From Bacteroidota bacterium (GTDB taxonomy: Bacteria > Bacteroidota > Bacteroidia > Chitinophagales > BACL12), in contig JANMLV010000224.1 of assembly GCA_031372705.1 (NCBI GenBank), forward strand, positions 1 to 53,859: a stretch of 53,859 bases of DNA, given 5' to 3'. Under the pieces are notes generated by a model. That model searched no databases. It had not been told where the DNA came from and was given only the letters and a program-made list of their open reading frames with translations. This document shows, one piece after another, positions 1 through 10,290 of the stretch (within the stretch, counting starts at the first letter, position 1; each line of letters starts with the position of its first letter). The position numbers and the translations under genes were made by a program.

Positions 1-643
1 TCATTAAAAAAGCAATAACGTCAGCTATATCGCCGGTTGGCGTAAAAGTTTTGTATTGTTCTTCAGTAGCCCAAGATAAATTATTAGGTGTTTGCAAGGT
101 AGCCGGGGCAATGCAATTTGCGCGAATATTTGCTGATCTACCTTCTTCAGCTGTGCTCATGGTTAAAGCAATTACGGCACTTTTACTTGCTGCATAAACC
201 GAATTTCCCATAGCTTGATGCAGGGCAGGTTTTGCACCAATGGTAACTATTGCACCGCCATTGTTTGCCTTCAGTAAACTATAAACATGCTTTAATAATA
301 AAAAAGTAGGAAGTGTATTCAAATTCATCAAAAACTGATAATCCTCAATGCTATAATCACTAATTGATGCCCCCGGTTTATAGCCGCCTGCCATATGAAC
401 CAAGCCCATAACAGAGGAATCGTCTCCTACTAAGCGCTTAACATCTTCCTCAACTGCCAAATCTGCAATGATTGGTTGTAACTGATTTCCCACAAATTCG
501 GGAAAAAGTTCGTTGAGCAAAGTAACACTTTTTTCGTTGATGGCACTTGCCCGTAAAAAGTAACCCTGTTGCAATAAAAGTGCAGCAACAGCGCGGCCTA
601 AGCCACCGTCAGCACCTGTAATTATGATAGTTCTTTTGTTCAT
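1..643 (-). CDS. SDR family NAD(P)-dependent oxidoreductase (3' end truncated by the window edge)
   Basis: Not in the ORF track. Manual minus-strand translation from ATG 643 gives MNKRTIIITGADGGLGRAVA (TGxxxGxG), then YAASKSAV (YxxxK) and IRANCIAP; frame open to position 1. TATTTTTG box at 653-660 (minus). Confidence 0.9.
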   Translation of the reverse strand, partial: MNKRTIIITGADGGLGRAVAALLLQQGYFLRASAINEKSVTLLNELFPEFVGNQLQPIIADLAVEEDVKRLVGDDSSVMGLVHMAGGYKPGASISDYSIEDYQFLMNLNTLPTFLLLKHVYSLLKANNGGAIVTIGAKPALHQAMGNSVYAASKSAVIALTMSTAEEGRSANIRANCIAPATLQTPNNLSWATEEQYKTFTPTGDIADVIAFLM

Positions 644-792
644 TTTCGTCTTCAAAAATAAGGATTTGTTACGGTTTATAGACAATTTGTGATGCACGTG
701 TTTGTCTATAATTTTATTTTACAATCAAAAAACGTTTATTTTGTGCAGTATTAGGCAGTTCAATACTGTTGAATACATCTAATATCTTAAGT

Positions 793-1449
793 ATGAAGAA
801 AATAGTATTATCTCTCGTTATCCTCATTGTGACAGGCTTTACAGCTCAAAAAGCAACAGCTCAGTTGTGGCTTATGACCGATGGTGGTGTATTCTTTACC
901 AAAAACTTGGTTGGTGAAGGTATAAATCTGCGCGGCGCATGGCATTATGGCGATTATGACCGCAATATGGTAACATTAGGCGGAGGTTACAATATTATTG
1001 GTGGCCCAAGTTTTGACATCGCACTTTATGATACTTCAGGTAATGCATTCGATACTTTGGAAAACACACCAATGGTGGTGAATATGATTTCAATAGACGC
1101 CGACTACAGAAGGTATTTTTTCCAAACTGATGCTGACGACTACTTTGCTTTTTACGGTCTGATAGGCACTAGTTTATGGATGGTAAATACTAAGTTGAAT
1201 TTGGTGCCATTTGCCGATTCGCTGTATGCGCCATCAGAAAGTGTAAAGCTGACTCAATCGAGTATGAGTGTGCGCATGCCGATTGGATTCGGAATAGATT
1301 GGACTGTGAGAGGCCGTTTATGGTGGTATTTTGAAGCCAAAGTGGAACTTCCGTTTACTCAAGTAGATAACGACTTTATTGGAAACGATTTTGGCGTGAG
1401 TTACCATATAAACACCGGAGCGCGTATCATGCTTTGGGATGTATGGTAA
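793..1449 (+). CDS. Outer-membrane beta-barrel protein, function unknown
   Basis: Signal peptide MKKIVLSLVILIVTGFTAQKATAQ from ATG 793 (preferred to TTG 769); alternating aromatic/hydrophobic strands; ends in W. Confidence 0.65.
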   Translation: MKKIVLSLVILIVTGFTAQKATAQLWLMTDGGVFFTKNLVGEGINLRGAWHYGDYDRNMVTLGGGYNIIGGPSFDIALYDTSGNAFDTLENTPMVVNMISIDADYRRYFFQTDADDYFAFYGLIGTSLWMVNTKLNLVPFADSLYAPSESVKLTQSSMSVRMPIGFGIDWTVRGRLWWYFEAKVELPFTQVDNDFIGNDFGVSYHINTGARIMLWDVW

Positions 1450-1471
1450 ATAAGGAGTTTTAATTCCAAAT

Positions 1472-2746
1472 CTATTTCTTGTGATTTATAATTATGCGCA
1501 GCGCTCTATCGTATGTGATGTAATTCCACATCCAATTGATGAATACCATGAATCGATTGCGGAATCCTACTAGCGACATTAAATGCACAAACATCCAGAT
1601 ATACCAAGCAAAATATCCTCCAAACGAATAAAAAGGTAAATCAACTACAGCGCGATGTCGGCCAACCGTAGCCATATTTCCTTTGTTTTTATATTTGAAT
1701 GCGCGAAGCGGTTGTTGCTTGTGTAATTGTTTGAAATTATAAATCAAATTATCGGCCTGCTGCATGGCAACTTGGGCAACCCCCGGATGACCGTTCGGAA
1801 AAGCTTCGTCTGCTTGCATGTAGGAGATGTCGCCAATTGAAAAAATTTGTTCAGTTCCAATTATTTGATTGAAACCATCAACTGCATATCTATTGCCTTT
1901 TGTAATAGCACTTTGATCTATTCCGGGAAGCGTTGCTCCTTTAACACCTGCTGTCCAAATAACCTCCGGCGATTTAATTGTTCTTCCATCTTTTAACACT
2001 AATTCAGTGCCGGTAAAATCGCTTACCAGTGCATTTAACCAAACGGTTACGCCTAATTCTTCCAGATATTTTTTTGCAAGATGTGACGATTTTGCAGACA
2101 TAGTTGGCAATAATTTGTCACTGCCTTCAATCAAATGCACTTCCATTTTTGCCGGATTTAATTCCCGATAATCGGTAGGCAATACATTTTTCTTTATTTC
2201 CGCCAAAGCGCCCGCCAACTCAACACCGGTAGGCCCTCCACCAACAATTATAAAATTCAATTCTTTTTGATCGTTGTAGTTCACTGAATCAGCTACAGCA
2301 TTTTCAAATTGCTGTAAAATTGCGCTGCGCATATTTAATGCTTCAGGTATTGATTTAAGTGTTAAGCTATATTTTTCAAGATTTTTATTTCCATAAAAAT
2401 TGGTAGTTGCGCCGGCAGCAATTACCAAATAATCGTAGTCAATTGCACCTACAGTAGTAATAACTTGCTTATTAACCCTGTCAATTTCAGTTACTTCTGC
2501 TACGCGAAAAATGATGTTAGGATATTTACCAATTTTTCTGCGCAAAGGATAGGCAATGCTTTCTGCGGTTAATCCCGCAGAGGCAATTTGATAAAGTAAA
2601 GGTTGAAATGTATGGAAATTGTTTTTGTCGATTAATACCACGCGATAAGGCATATTATCGAGTTGTTTAATCATTTGCAATCCGGCAAATCCGCCGCCAA
2701 TAATTACAATTTTAGGTAGTGATTCGTTGCTGAATTTATGTATCAT
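1472..2746 (-). CDS. ndh: Type II NADH dehydrogenase (NAD(P)/FAD-dependent oxidoreductase)
   Basis: Two dinucleotide-binding motifs (IIGGGFAG, IVGGGPTGVELAG), FQPLLYQ, AQVAMQQ, and the C-terminal WMFVHLMSLVGFRNR membrane-anchor region. Confidence 0.92.
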   Translation of the reverse strand: MIHKFSNESLPKIVIIGGGFAGLQMIKQLDNMPYRVVLIDKNNFHTFQPLLYQIASAGLTAESIAYPLRRKIGKYPNIIFRVAEVTEIDRVNKQVITTVGAIDYDYLVIAAGATTNFYGNKNLEKYSLTLKSIPEALNMRSAILQQFENAVADSVNYNDQKELNFIIVGGGPTGVELAGALAEIKKNVLPTDYRELNPAKMEVHLIEGSDKLLPTMSAKSSHLAKKYLEELGVTVWLNALVSDFTGTELVLKDGRTIKSPEVIWTAGVKGATLPGIDQSAITKGNRYAVDGFNQIIGTEQIFSIGDISYMQADEAFPNGHPGVAQVAMQQADNLIYNFKQLHKQQPLRAFKYKNKGNMATVGRHRAVVDLPFYSFGGYFAWYIWMFVHLMSLVGFRNRFMVFINWMWNYITYDRALRIIINHKK

Positions 2747-2868
2747 GGTCAGGGTAAATTAGTTTTTACGTTAACGGTAATAATTTGAATTATGTTCAGT
2801 TAAAGTAGCTTTTCTGTAAAACACATATGGTTTTTACCTTAGCTTTGCTGCATAAAATTAACTGCAGT

Positions 2869-4074
2869 ATGGCAAAAATTAAAAGTAATCCGTCATTTGG
2901 TTCTATTTGTGTTCAACCCGGCAAAACCGATAAGGTAATATTGCCTCATAATGAACCAATTTATGCCACCACAGCATATACTTTTCAATCTACCGACCAT
3001 GCGCTGAGCTTGTTCGACGACCACCATAAAGGCTATGTTTATTCGCGATGGGGCAACCCAACCGTTTCTATGGCTGAGGATAAAATTGCTGCACTAGAAA
3101 CACATGGCAGCAGTATAAAAGCAAAAGCACAATTATTTAGTAGTGGAATGGCTGCAATTGCGGCAGTGCTTTTGTCGTGTGCAAAAGCCGGCGAAAAAAT
3201 ACTAACGCAATATCAATTGTATGGCACAACCGATGAGTTAATGCAAAAGCAACTCAAAGACTGGAACATCGAAACAATTAGATGTAATTTGAATGATATT
3301 AAAGCAGTTGAAGAATTGTTAAAAGCTGACAAAACAATAAAATTAATTTATGTTGAATCGCCATCTAATCCTATGATGGAAGTGTTTGATATTGCAGCTA
3401 TTGCAAATGTTGCCAAGAAATATAAATGTAAAGTTGCAGTTGATAATACGTTTTCATCGCCTTATTGTCAGCGACCTTTATTATTAGGGGCTGATTTTTC
3501 GGTTCATTCGGCTACTAAATATCTAAACGGACATGGAAGCGGACTCGGTGGTGTTATTATTGGTAAGGATGTAAAATTTATGAAGAATGAAGTTTGGACT
3601 AAAGTAAAATTACTTGGTGCCAACTCAAATGCATTTGAAAGTTGGTTGTTATTGCAAGGATTAAAAACACTCGCCATTAGAATGCAGCGTCATTGCGAAA
3701 ATGCTAAAATAGTAGCCGCATTTTTAGAAAAACATCCTGCTGTAACTGCAGTAAATTATTGTGGGTCTAAAAAACATCCTCAAAAAAATATTATTAAAAA
3801 ACAAATGCTTGCGCATAGCGGGATGTTAAGTTTCGAATTGAAAGGCGGATTAAAAGCAGGAATTAAATTAATGAACAAGGTTAAACTTTGTAATATGGTT
3901 ACCTCTTTAGGAACATTAGATACTTTAATTCAACATCCTGCAAGTATGACTCACGTAAACGTTCCGCGCGAAAGAAGAATGGCTGCAGGAATTACAGATG
4001 GGTTGGTTAGATTGAGTGTAGGTATTGAAGAAGTGCAGGATATTATAAATGATTTGGCTCAAGGAATGGAATAA
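2869..4074 (+). CDS. PLP-dependent trans-sulfuration enzyme (methionine gamma-lyase / cystathionine gamma-lyase family)
   Basis: YSRWGNPT, FSSGMAAI, ESPSNP, VDNTF, HSATKYLNGH (PLP lysine), HPASMTH, RLSVGIE. Start ATG 2869 lies downstream of TAGCTTTG. Confidence 0.92.
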   Translation: MAKIKSNPSFGSICVQPGKTDKVILPHNEPIYATTAYTFQSTDHALSLFDDHHKGYVYSRWGNPTVSMAEDKIAALETHGSSIKAKAQLFSSGMAAIAAVLLSCAKAGEKILTQYQLYGTTDELMQKQLKDWNIETIRCNLNDIKAVEELLKADKTIKLIYVESPSNPMMEVFDIAAIANVAKKYKCKVAVDNTFSSPYCQRPLLLGADFSVHSATKYLNGHGSGLGGVIIGKDVKFMKNEVWTKVKLLGANSNAFESWLLLQGLKTLAIRMQRHCENAKIVAAFLEKHPAVTAVNYCGSKKHPQKNIIKKQMLAHSGMLSFELKGGLKAGIKLMNKVKLCNMVTSLGTLDTLIQHPASMTHVNVPRERRMAAGITDGLVRLSVGIEEVQDIINDLAQGME

Positions 4075-4076
4075 AT

Positions 4077-4105
4077 AAAATGCCCTACTTTAAGCAGGGC
4101 ATTTT
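4077..4105. terminator. Bidirectional intrinsic terminator
   Basis: AAAATGCCCT...AGGGCATTTT inverted repeat between convergent genes. Confidence 0.8.
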
Positions 4106-4132
4106 ATATATAATAGCAATAATATGTATTAA

Positions 4133-5008
4133 TTAACAACTAATTGCTTCAACGGTAGGACTTATTTTTTTGACTAATCCTTGCAATACTTTTCCGGGTC
4201 CAACTTCAATAAAGTTAGTTGCGCCGTCGGCAGTCATTTGTAATACACTTTGTGTCCATTTAACCGGTGCGGTGAGTTGAGCAATTAAATTATTTTTTAT
4301 ATCAGCAGGGTCAATTACTGCCGCCGCTGTAACATTTTGATACACAGGGCAAATAGGTTGATTAAAATGTGTTGCATTAATGGCTTCATATAATTCGATG
4401 CGCGCAGGTTCCATTAGTGGTGAGTGAAAAGCACCGCCAACGGGCAATATTAATGCGCGTTTTGCACCTGCTGTTTTTAAGGCTTCGCATGCTTTATTTA
4501 CAGCATCTATTTCACCTGAAATAACCAATTGGCCCGGACAATTATAATTTGCAGCAACCACAACGCCATCGGTTTCGTTGCAAATGCGTTCAACAATATC
4601 ATCGGCTAATCCGAGCACGGCAGCCATTGTTGATGGTTGCAATTCACAGGCTTTTTGCATAGCCAATGCTCGTTTGTAAACAAGTAAAAGACCATCTTCA
4701 AACGATAATGTATTGTTGGCAACTAATGCAGAAAACTCACCTAATGAATGTCCTGCAACCATATCCGGATTAAAGTCTTGAATTGTTGATGCAAGAATTA
4801 CAGAATGTAAAAAAATAGCCGGTTGTGTTACCTTGGTTTGTTTCAATTCATCTTCCGTGCCATTGAACATGATATCGGTGATTGAAAATCCCAATAATTC
4901 GTTTGCTTTTTCAAATAACGCTTTTGCAGCGGCATTGTCATCATAAAGCGGTTTTCCCATGCCCGGAAATTGTGCACCTTGTCCCGGAAAAATGTAAGCT
5001 TTCTTCAT
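4133..5008 (-). CDS. fabD: Malonyl-CoA:ACP transacylase
   Basis: FPGQGAQ, TQPAI, GHSLGE catalytic serine motif, AFHS, EVGPGKVL; likely start MKKAYIF. Confidence 0.97.
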   Translation of the reverse strand: MKKAYIFPGQGAQFPGMGKPLYDDNAAAKALFEKANELLGFSITDIMFNGTEDELKQTKVTQPAIFLHSVILASTIQDFNPDMVAGHSLGEFSALVANNTLSFEDGLLLVYKRALAMQKACELQPSTMAAVLGLADDIVERICNETDGVVVAANYNCPGQLVISGEIDAVNKACEALKTAGAKRALILPVGGAFHSPLMEPARIELYEAINATHFNQPICPVYQNVTAAAVIDPADIKNNLIAQLTAPVKWTQSVLQMTADGATNFIEVGPGKVLQGLVKKISPTVEAISC

Positions 5009-5024
5009 TGTATACAATTATGTT

Positions 5025-5462
5025 TTATTCTTTAATACCTGATTTGTTAATAACAATAAATACATCTTTTGTTAGTGCCCAGCCGGCATCTTTATCCTTA
5101 TTGAATTTAGCGGGAACAACCAATATAACTTTGTCTTCAATTGTTGCTACTTTATAAACAGCATAGGCTTTTATTTTATCAGGATTTGCAATACGCTGGT
5201 CTAAACTGCCGAATGCTGTGGGCCAGCTATCTTCCGTGTGGGTACTTATTATTTTTTCAAGCAATGGCGCATTTATGCCTTCAATTTTCATCATCTCAAT
5301 TTCTCCATCATTTAAATCGTAAGTGCTAAAAAGATCACCCGGTTCAATAATTTCTACTCGAGGACATTTCTTGCCTTCAATTTTATACTTTTTTGCTTGA
5401 GCATTAACGGCACTGGTAGTTAATAGGAGCATTGCGAGTATTACAATTGGTATGTTTTTCAT
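5025..5462 (-). CDS. Hypothetical exported protein
   Basis: 145-aa ORF with a signal peptide (..SAVNAQ), co-oriented just upstream of fabD. Confidence 0.7.
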   Translation of the reverse strand: MKNIPIVILAMLLLTTSAVNAQAKKYKIEGKKCPRVEIIEPGDLFSTYDLNDGEIEMMKIEGINAPLLEKIISTHTEDSWPTAFGSLDQRIANPDKIKAYAVYKVATIEDKVILVVPAKFNKDKDAGWALTKDVFIVINKSGIKE

Positions 5463-5591
5463 ATTAATAATTTAGGATGTAAATGTATATAATAATTGCC
5501 AATTCTAAGGCATTACCCACAGCAGTGCAACAAGCAGCTTGCTTAATACCTAAGTGCAATTGCACCAATATTTCAAATACTCAAATAGTTA

Positions 5592-6218
5592 TTACTTGCT
5601 TAAGCGGGTAGATATCAAATTGATAAACTCGTTACGTGTTTGCATTTCCTGGAATTGTCCGGTAAATGCAGAAGTTGTGGTAACTGAATTTTGTTTTTGA
5701 ACGCCACGCATCATCATGCATAAATGGTTTGCTTCAATTACTACAGCAACGCCAATTGGTTCGAGGGTATCTTGCAGGCAATGTAAAACTTGCTGGGTTA
5801 GGCGTTCTTGCACTTGTAAGCGACGCGAAAAAATATCTACAACACGAGCGATTTTACTTAATCCAACAATTTTGCCATTTGGAATATAGGCAACATGCGC
5901 TCGTCCAAAAAACGGAAGCATATGGTGTTCGCACATGGAATAAATTTCTATGTCTTTTACAATTACCATCTCGCTGCATTCCTCGGTAAACATTGCTCCG
6001 CGAACAACGGCTTCTGCATCTTGACCATAACCTTGGGTTAAATATTGCATTGCCTTGGCTATACGTTCAGGTGTTTTTTGCAGGCCTTCACGTTCAGGGT
6101 CTTCACCTAATGTGGTGATTATTGATTTATAATTTGAAGCTAGAGCCTCGATAGATTCCATATCGTATTGTTCCACTTTTTTATAGAATTTACCTGATGT
6201 GTTATAAATTTCTTTCAT
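5592..6218 (-). CDS. folE: GTP cyclohydrolase I
   Basis: [46 protein letters not shown]. Confidence 0.98.
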   Translation of the reverse strand: MKEIYNTSGKFYKKVEQYDMESIEALASNYKSIITTLGEDPEREGLQKTPERIAKAMQYLTQGYGQDAEAVVRGAMFTEECSEMVIVKDIEIYSMCEHHMLPFFGRAHVAYIPNGKIVGLSKIARVVDIFSRRLQVQERLTQQVLHCLQDTLEPIGVAVVIEANHLCMMMRGVQKQNSVTTTSAFTGQFQEMQTRNEFINLISTRLSK

Positions 6219-6229
6219 AAGCTGCCGGT

Positions 6230-6637
6230 TTAATCACCGAAATATTCTGCATAAATATTTTCGGTTTCTTGAAGTTTTATAGAATGTAAAACACCACCTT
6301 GTATCATTGGTTCAATAAGATGCCAAATTACTTTGCAGAAATTTTCTGTACTAGGTTGCACTTCTTTAAAATAGGGTGTATCGGAATTTAGATTCATGTG
6401 GTCAAATCGTTCAACAATCTCTTTTTTTATCAAGTCGCTGAGTTTTTTGGCATCAATTATAAAACCGGTATCCGGATCGGGCTCGCCTTTTACTGTAACA
6501 AAAAGCTGGTAATTGTGCCCATGCCAATTCTTGTTGGCACATTTTCCAAATACTTCAAAATTCTTATCCTCGCTCCATTTATTATTGAACAAACGGTGCG
6601 CAGCGTTAAATGTTTCGCGTCGGGTAAGGTAAACCAT
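6230..6637 (-). CDS. queD: 6-carboxytetrahydropterin / 6-pyruvoyltetrahydropterin synthase
   Basis: FNAAHRL, KC-x5-HGHNY zinc ligands, STEN, ETEN; in an operon with folE. Confidence 0.92.
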   Translation of the reverse strand: MVYLTRRETFNAAHRLFNNKWSEDKNFEVFGKCANKNWHGHNYQLFVTVKGEPDPDTGFIIDAKKLSDLIKKEIVERFDHMNLNSDTPYFKEVQPSTENFCKVIWHLIEPMIQGGVLHSIKLQETENIYAEYFGD

Positions 6638-6641
6638 AGCA

Positions 6642-6649
6642 CAAAGATA
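6642..6649 (-). promoter_or_regulatory. Bacteroidota -7 promoter box (TATCTTTG) for queD-folE
   Basis: Exact TAnnTTTG match ending 4 nt before the ATG. Confidence 0.65.
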
Positions 6650-6837
6650 ACATTAGGTATTTGTTTTAACCCAACTAATCATAGATTTGGGCGCTCAACT
6701 AAAGTATTCATTTTTAGATATGCACAAGCCGAAAACGCGCCAATCTTAGGGCCGGGTTATTACCGCAATTTAATTGAGCATACTTAAATTGCCCAAAATT
6801 GGTAGCTAAACAGCGGTTTTATTAAGATGAAATTGGT

Positions 6838-7266
6838 TCAAGCAGCCAAAATTGCCACTTTTTTTGGGTTGCGAGAATCAACCTTCACTTCAAGTGTGCG
6901 ACCTTTTTGATAATAGCGAAATTCTTCTTTTCGGATGTTATGTTTAAGTTCCACTTCGTATGGAACCATAGTGCTATGTCGTATTTCCAATAATAGCCCT
7001 ATTCTCGGGTTGCGGTTAACAGTTAGGCCCGTTTCCCATACCTCTAGAATGATTGCCATCGCCGGTTCTCCTGATTTCATTACATCCATAGCAACGAAAG
7101 CAGGTCTAAAAAAGAACCAATAGCCCGCAAAGGCCACTGCGGATGTTAGCACGAATGTCGCCAAGCCGAATGTCCAGTGAAACACAGAAATAATACCGAC
7201 AGCAGTAAATGCTATGCCAAGAAATAGCCAAATAACGTAATTAGGAAGTCCGAACTGCTTAACCAT
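6838..7266 (-). CDS. Hypothetical membrane protein (two N-terminal TM helices, small beta-rich C-terminal domain)
   Basis: Hydrophobic N-terminal half, then ETGLTVNRNPRIGLLLEI...EVKVDSRNPKKVAI. Confidence 0.75.
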   Translation of the reverse strand: MVKQFGLPNYVIWLFLGIAFTAVGIISVFHWTFGLATFVLTSAVAFAGYWFFFRPAFVAMDVMKSGEPAMAIILEVWETGLTVNRNPRIGLLLEIRHSTMVPYEVELKHNIRKEEFRYYQKGRTLEVKVDSRNPKKVAILAA

Positions 7267-7384
7267 AAAAGTAGGGTGCCTGTTTAAAATGTAATCAACT
7301 TATGTTACTTTATATACGTAAAATTGTACCGTTTTGTTCAAATGAAGAAACTACTTTTTCACATTTATTGTCTTAATAATACAA

Positions 7385-7885
7385 ATGATGCACAAATTTA
7401 AAATCACTTTAACCTTGTTTTGCTTGTTTTTGACATTTGCAAGCGGATTTTGTCAAGGCTCAACGCTGCTTCCAAAAGATGAAAAAGTGGTAATTCAAGA
7501 TAAAATTGCCTCATTTTTTACGGCCATGTATCAAAACGATAGCACAACTTTAAAGCAACTTTTCAGCAATAAAGCCAGATTGCTTACGTTGCTTAGTCAA
7601 GGTGAAGTAGCAAGTTTATTGGAAGTGCCAATAGGTGAATTTGTGGCTGCCGTTGGGGAGTCTAAAACTGAACTTTGGCTGGAAGTTATTTGGAGCTACA
7701 CCATAGAGGTTGAAGGCGAAATGGCAAGTGTATGGTGCCCTTATACTTTTTTTCTTGAAACCAACGGCGTTAAACAAATGATGCACTGCGGTGTTAACTC
7801 ATTTGAATTGTATCGCGGTCCTATTGGTTGGCAAATTACCCAAATAACCGACATTAGGTCTACCGGAAATTGCCGAGTAGAATAA
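7385..7885 (+). CDS. Exported NTF2/SnoaL-like fold protein
   Basis: Signal peptide; ASVWCPYTFF...HCGVNSFEL...WQITQITD pattern typical of NTF2-like proteins. Confidence 0.75.
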   Translation: MMHKFKITLTLFCLFLTFASGFCQGSTLLPKDEKVVIQDKIASFFTAMYQNDSTTLKQLFSNKARLLTLLSQGEVASLLEVPIGEFVAAVGESKTELWLEVIWSYTIEVEGEMASVWCPYTFFLETNGVKQMMHCGVNSFELYRGPIGWQITQITDIRSTGNCRVE

Positions 7886-7940
7886 CCGCATGTGAGCATT
7901 TTTACGTATATCTTTTATAACAATCATATTTTTTTACACA

Positions 7941-8972
7941 GTGAATACATTTATTGAAAGCCTACTCGAAAAAAATCAAATCCCTGATTTTTTGATTCGC
8001 AATAGAATCAGACAGCTACTTGAAGTGAGAATAAAGGACGAAACCAAAGCCACACAAGAATTGCAGCAAGCTCATTTATTGCGCATAATTGAAGAACTTA
8101 AGCAATCGCCAATCGCAATAAATACCGCTGAGGCAAACGAACAACATTACGAAGTGCCTACTGCTTTTTTCCAGTTAGTAATGGGTAAGCACATGAAGTA
8201 CTCAAGTTGTTATTGGAATGCCGACACGCACACACTTTCAGATGCTGAAACACTGGCACTTACTGATACTTGTAAACATGCTGAATTGCAAAATGGAATG
8301 AAAATTCTTGAACTCGGCTGTGGATGGGGCAGTTTAACCATGTTTATGGCTGCTGCATATCCTAATGCACAAATTACCGCAGTTTCCAATTCAGCTACAC
8401 AAAAGCAGTATATTGATGCAACTTGCACTGAGCGCGGATTGAAAAATGTGCGCATTATTACTGCCGATATGAACGATTTCATGTTGGATGAACAATTCGA
8501 TAGAGTTGTTTCTGTCGAAATGTTTGAGCACATGCGCAATTATAAACTGCTCATGAAAAAAATAAGCTCGATGTTGAAGCCTGACGGGAAGTTATTTGTA
8601 CATATTTTCACACATAAGGCATTTACCTATTATTTTGAAGTGGCCGATGAAAATGATTGGATGAGTAAATACTTTTTTACAGGTGGAATTATGCCGTCGG
8701 ATGATTTATTACTTTATTTTAATGAAGATTTAAAAATAAGTAATCATTGGCATTGGGATGGCACACATTACCAAAAAACAGCTGAATGCTGGTTGCAAAA
8801 TATGGATGCACATAAAGGGGAAGTAATGCCAATTTTAGCACAAACCTATGGCGCCGGAAATGCAACAAAGTGGTGGGTATATTGGAGGATGTTCTTCATG
8901 GCTTGCGCTGAACTTTGGGGATATAAAAATGGGAAGGAATGGTTTGTGAGTCATTATCTTTTTACAAAATAA
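7941..8972 (+). CDS. SAM-dependent methyltransferase, CFA-synthase / coclaurine N-methyltransferase-like
   Basis: ANEQHYEVP, MKYSSC, LELGCGWGS, SVEMFEHMRN, FFTGGIMPS; GTG start. Confidence 0.9.
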   Translation: MNTFIESLLEKNQIPDFLIRNRIRQLLEVRIKDETKATQELQQAHLLRIIEELKQSPIAINTAEANEQHYEVPTAFFQLVMGKHMKYSSCYWNADTHTLSDAETLALTDTCKHAELQNGMKILELGCGWGSLTMFMAAAYPNAQITAVSNSATQKQYIDATCTERGLKNVRIITADMNDFMLDEQFDRVVSVEMFEHMRNYKLLMKKISSMLKPDGKLFVHIFTHKAFTYYFEVADENDWMSKYFFTGGIMPSDDLLLYFNEDLKISNHWHWDGTHYQKTAECWLQNMDAHKGEVMPILAQTYGAGNATKWWVYWRMFFMACAELWGYKNGKEWFVSHYLFTK

Positions 8973-9002
8973 ATTTCACAGTAACAGTTTCATAATTAAT
9001 TA

Positions 9003-10253
9003 ATGCAAATAGGAATAATAGGAACAGGAATTGCCGGAATGGGCTGCGCACATCGCCTGCACAAACACCACGATATTACTGTGTTTGAGCAAGCAGATTA
9101 CGTTGGCGGACATACAAATACAGCTTTTGTGGATGATGATGGAACGCAAATTCCAATTGATACGGGATTTATTGTTTTTAATAACGAAAATTACCCTCAT
9201 TTAAACCGATTATTTCACGAATTAAATGTGCCGGTTAAACCAACTAAAATGAGTTTTGCTGCCCACATTGTTGAAGAAAATATCGCTTATTGCGGAAGTA
9301 GCTTATCGTTGTTATTTGCACAGTATAAAAATATATTTTCACCGCGATACATCCGGTTTTTACGACAGTTAAATGCATTCAATAAAGTATGTGTTGAAGT
9401 AATTGAAAATACTTCCTTACATAGATTATCAGTTGCAGAATATGTTGAACGAAAAGGGTGGAATAACGACTTGTTAAATTGGTATTTATTGCCAATGAGT
9501 TCCGCATTGTGGAGCATTCCTCCGGATACAAGCGCAAAATTTCCAATATTGGCACTAGTTCGATTTTTTAAAAATCATGGATTTTTAGGATTGAATACTC
9601 AGTTTCAGTGGTATACGGTGGCAGGTGGAAGCGAAGCATATAAACAGCGATTAATTGAACCGTTTAGTGATAAAATTAAAATTAATGCAAAGGTTACAAG
9701 TGTAGTTCGAAGTGGCGATAAAATAAGAGTAACAACAATTAATAATGAAACTTTAGTTTTTGATAAAGTAATCATTGCCGCTCATGCTAACCAAGCTATT
9801 GAAATGTTAACCGATATAAACGAACGCGAACAACGCTTGCTCGAACCGTTTAAGTATCAAAAAAATACAGCTACTTTACATACCGATGCATCCATTATGC
9901 CGAATGTTAAAAAGGTATGGAGCAGTTGGAATTACCGCACCGAAAAAATAGATGACAAATTGGTGTCGTCGTGCACTTATTGGATGAACAGTTTGCAGGG
10001 CGTTTCCGAAAAGAATAACTATTTTGTTACGATTAACAATCCCGGCTCAATCGACCGGCAAAAAGTTATTAAAGAAATAATATATGAACATCCTGTATTT
10101 ACTGTTGAAGCTATGGAAACCCAACAGTTTTTGCCGGATTTGAATAATAATGGGCATTTGTACTTCTGCGGAAGCTATTTCCGATATGGTTTTCATGAGG
10201 ATGCGCTGATGAGCGCCAATCAAGTTTGCGATATGATTTTAAACAACAATTAA
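9003..10253 (+). CDS. FAD-dependent oxidoreductase (amine-oxidase fold; UfaD-like fatty acyl desaturase candidate)
   Basis: IIGTGIAG, GGHTNT, IDTGFIVFN, WSSWNY, YEHP, GFHEDA. Confidence 0.88.
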   Translation: MQIGIIGTGIAGMGCAHRLHKHHDITVFEQADYVGGHTNTAFVDDDGTQIPIDTGFIVFNNENYPHLNRLFHELNVPVKPTKMSFAAHIVEENIAYCGSSLSLLFAQYKNIFSPRYIRFLRQLNAFNKVCVEVIENTSLHRLSVAEYVERKGWNNDLLNWYLLPMSSALWSIPPDTSAKFPILALVRFFKNHGFLGLNTQFQWYTVAGGSEAYKQRLIEPFSDKIKINAKVTSVVRSGDKIRVTTINNETLVFDKVIIAAHANQAIEMLTDINEREQRLLEPFKYQKNTATLHTDASIMPNVKKVWSSWNYRTEKIDDKLVSSCTYWMNSLQGVSEKNNYFVTINNPGSIDRQKVIKEIIYEHPVFTVEAMETQQFLPDLNNNGHLYFCGSYFRYGFHEDALMSANQVCDMILNNN

Positions 10254-10290
10254 ATATTTTCGTATATTGCATAGTGGTTAATTTGTAACA

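Noticed and set aside
6686-6797. Alternative hairpins upstream of queD-folE as a preQ1-type riboswitch
   Set aside because: Short inverted repeats exist (6693-6703/6769-6779 and 6765-6773/6784-6792), but no riboswitch consensus was recognised and they lie upstream of the predicted queD promoter.
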